Notes under the pieces: model-generated
The model's input: the letters and a program-made list of their open reading frames with translations, nothing else
What the model was told of the DNA's origin: nothing
Databases searched by the model: none
NCBI GenBank assembly: GCA_041664145.1
Contig: JBAYLJ010000001.1
Location: 1 to 25,732 of the forward strand
DNA: 25,732 nucleotides
Direction of reading: 5' to 3'
Source of the DNA: Candidatus Omnitrophota bacterium
Lineage (GTDB): Bacteria > Omnitrophota > Gorgyraeia > Zapsychrales > Aceulaceae
In this document: positions 17,376-25,239 of the stretch, in pieces
How the letters are laid out: each line of letters begins with the position of its first letter
Numbering within the stretch: the first letter of the stretch is position 1
Made by a program: the position numbers and the translations under genes

Positions 17376-18899
17376 ATGTCGCAAGACAAGAAAATTGGCT
17401 TTGATAACGAAAAATACCTTACGGAACAAACCAAAGAAATCCTTACGCGCGTTAAGCGATTCGACAACAAGCTTTATCTTGAATTTGGAGGAAAACTCCT
17501 CTTTGATTATCATGCCTCCCGTGTCCTTCCTGGATTTGATCCCAATGTCAAAATTAAACTATTAAAACGCTTGGAAAATGATGCTGATATTATCCTTTGT
17601 ATTCATGCAGGAGATATTGAACGTCGAAAAGTACGCGCAGATTTTGGCATCACCTACGATGTTGACGCTTTAAAACTCATTGATGATCTAAAAGACTGGA
17701 AAATTGATATTTGCGCCGTTGTGATCACGCGCTTTAACAATCAACCCGCCGCAACGATCTTTAAGAATAAGCTTGAACGTTCTGGCATCCGTGTTTTTAC
17801 ACATTCTTTTACCAAGGGGTATCCTACCAATGTTGATCTCATCGTTAGTGAAGAAGGTTACGGAGCTAATGAATATATTCCGGCGAATAAAAGACTTGTG
17901 ATCGTTACAGGGCCTGGCCCTGGAAGCGGAAAACTAGCAACATGCCTCTCGCAGCTTTATCATGAGCATAAACGAGGCGTTAAGGCAGGGTATGCAAAAT
18001 TTGAAACATTTCCTATCTGGAACCTACCCCTTAAGCATCCTGTCAACGTTGCCTATGAATCCGCGACAGCGGATATTAAAGATTTCAACATGATCGATTC
18101 TTTTCATTTTGAAGCTTATCAAAAAATGTCGGTTAACTATAATCGAGATGTGGAAGTTTTTCCTGTCGTAAAACGCATTCTTACCAAGATCATCGGCGAC
18201 GAAATTTATAGATCACCAACGGATATGGGTGTTAATTGCGCAGGGTTCGGTATCGTTGATGACGCGATCGTTCAGGAAGCTGCCAAACAAGAAATTATCA
18301 GACGTTTTTTCCGCTATAAGTGTGAATTTATATTAGGCCTTGTTGACCGCGAAGCCGTTGAGCGTGCTGAATTGCTGATGAAAGAGATGAACATTAATGT
18401 TATCGATCGAAAAGTTGTTTCGGCTGCTCGCCAAGCTGCTGAAGATGCTGAAAAAAAAGGAAAAGGGAACAAAGGTGTTTTTTGCGGAGCAGCCATTGAA
18501 TTAAAAGATGGCCGAATTATTATTGGTAAAAATTCTCCTTTGATGCATGCGGCCTCTAGCCTTGTCTTGAACGTACTTAAAGAATTAGCAGACATTCCTG
18601 ATAAAATACCTTTGTTATCAAAAAATGCTATTGATTCTATTTCAAACTTAAAAAAAGATATCTTAAAAATGAAGACACTGAGCCTTGACCTTGATGAAAC
18701 ATTGATCAGCTTAAGCATCAGCGCAACATCAAATCCTGTATCTCAGCTAGCCCTGGAAAAATTAACAGAGTTGCAGGGATGTGAGGTTCACATGACGCAT
18801 ATTCCAACACCAGGTGATGAGGCAGGCTTAAGGCGCCTGGGTGTTAATTTGACAACCGATCCAAATTTTTCTTCTGGCAGTCTTTGTGATTTCAGATAA
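17376..18899 (+). CDS. DUF1846 (UPF0371) family protein
   Basis: KIGFDNEKY, LYLEFGGKL, RADFGITYD, GPGPGSGKLATCLSQLY, YAKFETFPIWNLPLKHPVN, SPTDMGVN and LGVNLTTDP. GGAGG RBS. Confidence 0.9.
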   Translation: MSQDKKIGFDNEKYLTEQTKEILTRVKRFDNKLYLEFGGKLLFDYHASRVLPGFDPNVKIKLLKRLENDADIILCIHAGDIERRKVRADFGITYDVDALKLIDDLKDWKIDICAVVITRFNNQPAATIFKNKLERSGIRVFTHSFTKGYPTNVDLIVSEEGYGANEYIPANKRLVIVTGPGPGSGKLATCLSQLYHEHKRGVKAGYAKFETFPIWNLPLKHPVNVAYESATADIKDFNMIDSFHFEAYQKMSVNYNRDVEVFPVVKRILTKIIGDEIYRSPTDMGVNCAGFGIVDDAIVQEAAKQEIIRRFFRYKCEFILGLVDREAVERAELLMKEMNINVIDRKVVSAARQAAEDAEKKGKGNKGVFCGAAIELKDGRIIIGKNSPLMHAASSLVLNVLKELADIPDKIPLLSKNAIDSISNLKKDILKMKTLSLDLDETLISLSISATSNPVSQLALEKLTELQGCEVHMTHIPTPGDEAGLRRLGVNLTTDPNFSSGSLCDFR

Positions 18900-18911
18900 T
18901 TATTAAAAAAA

Positions 18912-19358
18912 ATGACCGACCATCTACTATTTATGCAGGAGGCTATCGCGCAGGCTCGTCAAGGACTTACAGAAAATGGGATCCCCATTGGCTCTGTTTT
19001 GGTCAAGGATGGCATCATTATTGCCCGCGGTCATAACCGAAGGATTCAAAAGAAATCTTCCATTTTGCATGCAGAAATGGATTGCCTGGAAAACGCTGGT
19101 CGATTAACTGCCAAAGAGTATGCCGCGTGTACGATCTACTCAACTCTTTCGCCATGCGCTATGTGCACAGGTGCCATTCTTTTATACAAAATCCCTATTA
19201 TTGTCATTGGTGAAAACAGTACTTTTCAAGGCCCTGAACAATATTTATCAAACAAAGGTGCCATGCTTATTAATCTCAATTTAACTGAATGTAAAGAAAT
19301 GATGAAAACTTTTATTGCAAAGAACCCAACACTCTGGAACGAGGATATAGGAGAATAA
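18912..19358 (+). CDS. Zn-dependent nucleoside/nucleobase deaminase, most like yeast-type cytosine deaminase
   Basis: HAE...LSPCAMCTGAI zinc motif, IPIGSVL, GHNRRIQ, VIGEN and the C-terminal WNEDIGE. Confidence 0.85.
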   Translation: MTDHLLFMQEAIAQARQGLTENGIPIGSVLVKDGIIIARGHNRRIQKKSSILHAEMDCLENAGRLTAKEYAACTIYSTLSPCAMCTGAILLYKIPIIVIGENSTFQGPEQYLSNKGAMLINLNLTECKEMMKTFIAKNPTLWNEDIGE

Positions 19359-20141
19359 TTGATACGAAGAAAACTTTTAATCAGCTACACGCTTGCTCTT
19401 GGATTCTCTATTCTCGCGTTTTCTAGCTGTACTAAAATAGAGAAAAAAGATGCCTTGTTTCAAGCCTCGACGATTTCGGCGCTATCCCAAGGAATGTATC
19501 ATGGCGACATGTCATTTCAAGAATTAAATAAATACGGCGATTTTGGCCTTGGAACATTCAACGACTTAGACGGGGAAATGATCATCCTCGATGGTGTCTT
19601 TTATCAGGCAAAGACAGACGGATACCTTTATCCTGTATCCCTGCAAGAAACTAAAACACCTTTTTCTGAAGTTACTTTCTTCCGATCAAATCTGACTAAA
19701 ACAGTAACTCGTCAGATGACCCAAACTGAATTGAAAGAAATGATCACCGGCCTTTTAAGATCAAAAAATATTTTTTATGCAATACGGATCGTTGGTCATT
19801 TTCCTTACATAAAAATACGAAGCGTACCTGCCCAAAAAAGGCCATACCCTAAGCTGGATGACGTTGTAAAAGATCAAGCTGTGTTTGAATTTCACCAGGC
19901 AGAAGGAACGATTGTAGGATTCTGGTGCCCTGAATATGTAAAAAAAGTTAATGTCCCTGGCTACCATTTTCACTTTATTAGCAGGGATAAAAAAAGAGGG
20001 GGCCATGTTCTTGATTTCATCATAACAAATTCAACGATCGATATTGATGAAAAAACATCTCTTGACGTTGTGCTTCCAGAAACAGAAGATTTTTACATGA
20101 TCGATACATCAGAAGAAAGCCAAAATCTGGCCGAAAAGTAA
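19359..20141 (+). CDS. budA: Alpha-acetolactate decarboxylase with a lipoprotein-type signal peptide
   Basis: FQASTISAL, GDFGLGTF..LDGEM, IRSVP and GYHFHF...GGHVLD (three Zn-binding His). N-terminus RRK plus hydrophobic stretch plus AFSS-C. TTG start directly after the previous stop, with AGGAG 6 nt upstream. Confidence 0.88.
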   Translation: MIRRKLLISYTLALGFSILAFSSCTKIEKKDALFQASTISALSQGMYHGDMSFQELNKYGDFGLGTFNDLDGEMIILDGVFYQAKTDGYLYPVSLQETKTPFSEVTFFRSNLTKTVTRQMTQTELKEMITGLLRSKNIFYAIRIVGHFPYIKIRSVPAQKRPYPKLDDVVKDQAVFEFHQAEGTIVGFWCPEYVKKVNVPGYHFHFISRDKKRGGHVLDFIITNSTIDIDEKTSLDVVLPETEDFYMIDTSEESQNLAEK

Positions 20142-20165
20142 TCCATACGCTACGTTGACAACGAA

Positions 20166-20597
20166 GTGAGAATCAAAGAATTTCTAAAGCGCATCATTTA
20201 TCTCAATAACACTCCTCGAGAGATTGCCCTTGGCGTTGCCATTGGAGTGTTTATCGGCATCTTGCCGCTCTATGGATTGCATACGATCCTTGTTGTTGTG
20301 TTCGCGCTTATTGTCCGACAATCAAATAAAATTGCCATCCTTCTTGGAACGAATATTTCTTTACCGCCCACTCTTCCTTTCATTACGTGGGCAGGATACA
20401 ATACTGGTCGTCTTATATTAAGCAAAGACTATCCAGCCCTGAGCTGGACAATGTTCGAACATTTTTCTTATAAAAATACGGCGACTCTTTATTACCCGCT
20501 ATTTATCGGAAGTCTTGTCCTGGGCCTTAGCTGCGCATTTATTTCTTATTTTTTAACATACCAAATTGTTTTACACAGACAAAAAAAGTTGCGCTGA
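20166..20597 (+). CDS. DUF2062 family membrane protein
   Basis: TPREIALGVAIGVFIGILPLYGLHT, N-KIA...GTNIS and PLFIGSLVLG. GTG start. Confidence 0.88.
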   Translation: MRIKEFLKRIIYLNNTPREIALGVAIGVFIGILPLYGLHTILVVVFALIVRQSNKIAILLGTNISLPPTLPFITWAGYNTGRLILSKDYPALSWTMFEHFSYKNTATLYYPLFIGSLVLGLSCAFISYFLTYQIVLHRQKKLR

Positions 20598-21265
20598 TGC
20601 AAAAAGAAATAAACATACGAACATTCAGCCCTCAAGATCGATCTGCCGTTCGATCGATCAGCTGCCAAACCGCCTTCTTAGAGATGCCCACAATTCATTT
20701 TTTAAATAATGAAGAAATTCTTGCTGATGCACTGACACAATACTATACTGATTACGAGCCTGAGTCATGTTTTGTGGCAACACACGACGACAAGGTCATT
20801 GGATATCTTATTGGCACCAAGGACATCAAGCGCGCCAACAGTATTTTTAGAAAAAAAATTTTGTTTCCCTTGATCGCAAAAGCATTTAAAATAGGCATTT
20901 TCGTTTCGCCAAAGACACTGCGGTTCTTTTTTAACATCGTCCTATCGGCGGTGAGGGGAGATTTTCACGATCCTGATTTTTCACAGCAATATCCGGCAAC
21001 GCTCCATATCAACATTGACAAAAATTTTCGAGGATCTCATATCGGATCACGGCTCATTGACCATTACTTAAATTTTTTACAGCACAGCAAAGTATCCGGT
21101 GTCCACCTTGGGAGCATTTCTGACGCCGCTAAAGAATTCTTTCTTAAAAAAGGCTTTATCCTATTGCATCAAGGTCAACGTTCCTATTTGCGATACACCT
21201 TGGGACGGACATTAAATTATTATATTTTTGGAAAAAAGATTTTACTTGTCGAAAACGATAGATAA
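20597..21265 (+). CDS. GNAT family N-acetyltransferase
   Basis: CFVA...VIGYLIG, YPATLHINI, motif A FRGSHIG, VHLG and FFLKKGF. TGATG coupling to the DUF2062 gene. Confidence 0.88.
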   Translation: MQKEINIRTFSPQDRSAVRSISCQTAFLEMPTIHFLNNEEILADALTQYYTDYEPESCFVATHDDKVIGYLIGTKDIKRANSIFRKKILFPLIAKAFKIGIFVSPKTLRFFFNIVLSAVRGDFHDPDFSQQYPATLHINIDKNFRGSHIGSRLIDHYLNFLQHSKVSGVHLGSISDAAKEFFLKKGFILLHQGQRSYLRYTLGRTLNYYIFGKKILLVENDR

Positions 21266-21269
21266 CGAA

Positions 21270-22697
21270 ATGAAAAAATACAGATTAGCCACGCTTCTAT
21301 TTCTTCTTGTTTTAACCATTTTTCTTTTTATAGCCTATCACTGGCAACAGCCAACTACGCAAACATGGCTTAAGACTGCCTTATCGAAAAATCCTGATCG
21401 TATTCTTATTCTTGCACCGCACCCTGACGATGAGGTCTTAGGATGCGCAGGGATCATCCAGCGCGCAAGAAAAATGAACGTTCCGGTCAAAATTGTCTTT
21501 TTAACATATGGTGACAACAATCAGTGGTCTTTTTTAGTCTATCGCAAACACCTTGTTCTTACGTCAAAGGCTGCTCAAGCCATGGGACAGATTCGCCACG
21601 AAGAAGCAATTGCAGCAGATAAAATCCTGGGAGTCGACAAAGCGCATCTTATTTTTTTGGGATATCCTGACTTTAAAACACTCAACATCTGGTATTCGCA
21701 CTGGAAGGCTAGCCCTCCAGCGAAAAGTATGCTCACCGGCGTCAAAGAGGTTCCTTATCAGAATGCCTTTCATCCAGGGGCGCCGTATAAAGGTGAAGAG
21801 ATCTTAGAAGATTTAAAAACCATTATCCGTGAATTCAAACCAACAAAGATCTTTGTCTCTCATCCATCCGATTATAACGTCGATCATCGTTCGTTATACC
21901 TTTTTACGCGCGTTGCTTTGTGGGATCTTGCCGATGAAATCAAAACATCCTTGCACCCGTATCTTATCCATTATAAAAACTGGCCTTTACCTCGGGGATT
22001 TCATCCTAAAATTACTTTATCTCCGCCACAATACCTAAAAAATCAGATCGGCTGGAAAGCAAATACCTTGACCGATGATGAAATTGCCATAAAACATCTT
22101 GCGATTCAAAAACATCACTCGCAATACATCTCAAGCCCGGGATATCTTCTCACGTTTATCCGCTCGCCAGAGCTTTTCGGAGATTTTGCTGATATCCTTG
22201 TGGAACCAAACACGCAGGATAACTCCTTAGCGCCCTCAAGGCAAGAAGACTTCAAGACGCTTCCAGATGATCTTATGGCCGAAGAAGCAGCATCCTTTAT
22301 TGGGATCGAAGAAGGCTCTGTCCACCTTGAAGACAATTGCTTGATCATGTCTATCAAGCTATCACGTCCCTTAGGAAAAGCTTCTGGTTTGTCTCTGTAT
22401 GCCTTTGGATACCGTAACGATGTACCTTTTAAAGAGATGCCAAAGATACGGCTACGATTTGCAAATATTGGCCATAAAATCTTTGATCAATCACGTCAGA
22501 TAAAACATAAAGGAGTTGTTATCAAGCGAAAGGCTAAAACGCTTCTCGTTCGCATTCCGCTTGATTTACTCGGGAAACCACAGAAGATCCTTACGAGCGC
22601 TAGCACCTATCTTGGCGCGATACCTCTGGATTGGGTTCCATGGCGAGTTCTAAATATAAAATCTTCCACAAACGCTGTTTCAAAAAAGGAGAAATAA
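21270..22697 (+). CDS. PIG-L/LmbE family de-N-acetylase with N-terminal membrane anchor and C-terminal extension
   Basis: LAPHPDDE, RHEEA, LGYPD and HPSDYNVDH. The ATG at 21270 gives MKKYR followed by a hydrophobic helix, and is preferred over the TTG at 21228. Confidence 0.85.
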   Translation: MKKYRLATLLFLLVLTIFLFIAYHWQQPTTQTWLKTALSKNPDRILILAPHPDDEVLGCAGIIQRARKMNVPVKIVFLTYGDNNQWSFLVYRKHLVLTSKAAQAMGQIRHEEAIAADKILGVDKAHLIFLGYPDFKTLNIWYSHWKASPPAKSMLTGVKEVPYQNAFHPGAPYKGEEILEDLKTIIREFKPTKIFVSHPSDYNVDHRSLYLFTRVALWDLADEIKTSLHPYLIHYKNWPLPRGFHPKITLSPPQYLKNQIGWKANTLTDDEIAIKHLAIQKHHSQYISSPGYLLTFIRSPELFGDFADILVEPNTQDNSLAPSRQEDFKTLPDDLMAEEAASFIGIEEGSVHLEDNCLIMSIKLSRPLGKASGLSLYAFGYRNDVPFKEMPKIRLRFANIGHKIFDQSRQIKHKGVVIKRKAKTLLVRIPLDLLGKPQKILTSASTYLGAIPLDWVPWRVLNIKSSTNAVSKKEK

Positions 22698-22700
22698 GAA

Positions 22701-24083
22701 ATGCTGCGAAAACTTTTCTTTCTTGTTGTCTGTCTTTTAGTCTTAGCCATAATGCCCGTGAGCGCCTTTGCAGAGATGACGTTTAAATGGGGCGGGGCCG
22801 AGCGCATTCGCCATGAATACTGGAAAAATATGCGAGATGTCGATAATAACCAAAAAGACACACGTAATTTTTTCCGCATCAAAAGCTCCGTTTGGGGACA
22901 GGCGGATATGAATAAAAACTTAAGCTTTTTTGCAAAGCTTACAAATGAATTTAAGGCTTATACATTTTTTGAAGGTACTACCGGTTCCGTTGTTGATAAA
23001 AATGCCAGCAAAAAAGGATATCATTTTGATATCAATGAAATTGTTTTTGATAACTTGTATGCGGATTTTAAAAATATTCTAGATATGCCCGTTGATTTTC
23101 GCTTGGGTCGACAAGACTTTCTAGGAACCTATGGTGAAGGATTTCTTATTATGGACGGCACACCGCAGGATGGCTCAAGAACGTTTTATTTTAATGCCGC
23201 CAAAACAAGCTGGCGCATCAATGAAAAGAATACCCTTGATTTTATCTACATGAATAATCCTCGCGACGAAGAATTCTTGCCTGTCATTAATCGTTCGGAG
23301 CTGACTAAGACGGGGTCTTCGACCGATGACAAAGTTCCACAGCTCTTGAATACAACAGATGAGCAAGGTTATGTCTTATATTTAAAAAATAAAAATATTG
23401 AAAATCTAGGACTCGAAGCCTATTACATCTTTAAGAAGGAAGACGAAGAAGGCGGGACAGGTTTACAATCTAAAGAAAGCTATATTAACACGCTTGGTTC
23501 ATTTGCAAAATATGACTTGAATTCTTGGACGCTGCGTGGTCAACTCGCCGGTCAATTTGGTGATTATGGCGATGAAGACCGTTCTGCCGTCGGTGGTTAT
23601 GGTTTTGTTGACAAGAACTTTGAAGATGCAAAATGGACACCTAAGGCAAGCCTTGGTTATGTTTATTTATCAGGTGATGACCCAGCAACAGCCAAGAATG
23701 AAGCCTGGGATCCGCTTTTTTCACGCTATCCATGGATGTCAGAACTTTATGTTATCACTATCGCAAGCGATACAAATGTCGGGATCGCTGGCTACTGGAC
23801 CAATATTTCCATGATACGCGCCGAGCTATCTGCAAAGCCAACAAAAAAATCTAAGGCAACTCTTACGTATAATTATTTACGGGCAAATGAATCCGTGGCA
23901 AGCAATGCCTTTTGCTCTGGAACAGGGAAAGAGCGAGGCCATCTGCCTCAGGCGAGGATCGATTATGCCTTTACCAAAAATATTTCTGCCTATGTCTTGG
24001 CCGAATATTTAATTCCTGGAAATTTTTATAAAGATAAGGACACCGCTTTATTTTTAAGAACTGAGCTTCAGATAAAATTCTAA
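22701..24083 (+). CDS. Alginate-export (AlgE-like) outer-membrane beta-barrel protein
   Basis: Signal peptide ending AFA-E, ERIRHEYW, RLGRQD, LGYVYLSGDD, amphipathic beta-strands and a C-terminal Phe (ELQIKF). Confidence 0.8.
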   Translation: MLRKLFFLVVCLLVLAIMPVSAFAEMTFKWGGAERIRHEYWKNMRDVDNNQKDTRNFFRIKSSVWGQADMNKNLSFFAKLTNEFKAYTFFEGTTGSVVDKNASKKGYHFDINEIVFDNLYADFKNILDMPVDFRLGRQDFLGTYGEGFLIMDGTPQDGSRTFYFNAAKTSWRINEKNTLDFIYMNNPRDEEFLPVINRSELTKTGSSTDDKVPQLLNTTDEQGYVLYLKNKNIENLGLEAYYIFKKEDEEGGTGLQSKESYINTLGSFAKYDLNSWTLRGQLAGQFGDYGDEDRSAVGGYGFVDKNFEDAKWTPKASLGYVYLSGDDPATAKNEAWDPLFSRYPWMSELYVITIASDTNVGIAGYWTNISMIRAELSAKPTKKSKATLTYNYLRANESVASNAFCSGTGKERGHLPQARIDYAFTKNISAYVLAEYLIPGNFYKDKDTALFLRTELQIKF

Positions 24084-24124
24084 GCTGTTGCTTGTTACGA
24101 AAATTATAAATAAAAAGTTTTATC

Positions 24125-24332
24125 GGATTAATAAAAATGATATATTAATCCCGGATTTTGTATTAGCCTCGCACCGAGAGGCTACACAAAATCCGCCCAA
24201 AGGGCAGCAAAGTTTCGACAACATTATAGGACTTTGCTGGGTGACCCCGCGAAGCGATCCCGCAACTGCGGGATAAATTTTGCATGTTCTTTGCTTTTCT
24301 TATAAATGTAATGCAAAATTTGGGTTTATCCC
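24125..24332. repeat. Cluster of adjacent inverted repeats (structured intergenic element)
   Basis: Arms read directly from the sequence: 24125-33/24143-51 (9 bp); 24152-61/24186-95 (10 bp) enclosing 24164-70/24178-84 (7 bp); 24205-13/24231-39 (9 bp); CGC-GAA-GCG at 24248-56; 24257-63/24268-74 (7 bp); 24275-85/24311-21 (11 bp); 24270-77/24325-32 (8 bp). Confidence 0.75.
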
Positions 24333-24379
24333 TATTCACCAGCTGTTTATAAAAAAGTATTCATAGAGAAGGCCATCTT

Positions 24380-25228
24380 GTGAGCAATCAAATTCTTGGA
24401 AAAAAACAATTATCTGCTGACGTTGTTCAAATGAAGATAGCTGCGCCACTTATTGCAAGCGAGCGGCAGCCAGGTCAGTTTATCATTTTACAAATTGACC
24501 CTCTAGGAGAGCGCATTCCTTTAACCATCGCCGATGCCGATGAACAACAGGGAACCATTGATATTATTTTTCAAGTTGTTGGAAAAACAACGACCTTGCT
24601 TTCTCGACTCAACGTTGGCGAATCCATTTTAAGCTTAGTGGGGCCGCTTGGAAAACCAACGCACCTTGAACAATTTGGAACCGTTGTCTGTGTTGGCGGA
24701 GGGATCGGTGTGGCTCCCATGCATCCGATCGCAAAAGCTATGAAAGAAAAAGGCAATCGCGTTATTATTATTATTGGGGCTAGGAACAAAGAGCTTCTTA
24801 TCTTGTTAGATGAAATGACCGCGATCGCTGATGAGCTCATTGTCTGCACCGATGATGGATCTTATGGGCGTAAATGTCTTGTGACCGAACCCTTAAAAGA
24901 AATTTGCGAACGAACACAAAAACCTAATCTTGTCGTTGCCATTGGGCCGCCCATCATGATGAAATTTTGTGCGCAAACAACAAAAGCCTTTGCTGTCCCA
25001 ACGGTTGTGTCCTTAAATACGATTATGGTCGACGGTACAGGGATGTGCGGAGGATGCCGAGTCTCAGTGGGAAAAGAAACAAAATTTGTTTGTGTCGATG
25101 GTCCTGAATTTGACGGCCATTTGGTTGATTTTGACAACATGATGAATCGCCTCAAGACATATGTCCCTTACGAGCGAAACGCGCATCATCAATGCAAGCT
25201 GGATGCGCAGATACAAAAAAAGATCTAA
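24380..25228 (+). CDS. nfnA: NfnA/SudB-like FAD/NAD and [2Fe-2S] subunit of electron-bifurcating transhydrogenase
   Basis: PGQFIIL..GERIPLTIAD, VGGGIGVAP, TDDGSYG and MVDGTGMCGGCRV...CVDGPEFDG. GTG start. Confidence 0.88.
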   Translation: MSNQILGKKQLSADVVQMKIAAPLIASERQPGQFIILQIDPLGERIPLTIADADEQQGTIDIIFQVVGKTTTLLSRLNVGESILSLVGPLGKPTHLEQFGTVVCVGGGIGVAPMHPIAKAMKEKGNRVIIIIGARNKELLILLDEMTAIADELIVCTDDGSYGRKCLVTEPLKEICERTQKPNLVVAIGPPIMMKFCAQTTKAFAVPTVVSLNTIMVDGTGMCGGCRVSVGKETKFVCVDGPEFDGHLVDFDNMMNRLKTYVPYERNAHHQCKLDAQIQKKI

Positions 25229-25239
25229 AAAAAATTTCT

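Noticed and set aside
18314-18718. 134-aa minus-strand ORF, and the other minus-strand ORFs in the track
   Set aside because: Antisense shadows of well-supported + strand genes, with no motifs.
24088-24276. 62-aa ORF in the porin-nfnA gap
   Set aside because: TTG start without an RBS and no protein-like features. The sequence is better explained by inverted repeats.
24125-24332. CRISPR array, tRNA or integron attC interpretation of the hairpin cluster
   Set aside because: No repeated unit with spacers, no cloverleaf with T-loop or CCA, and no RYYYAAC/GTTRRRY ends.
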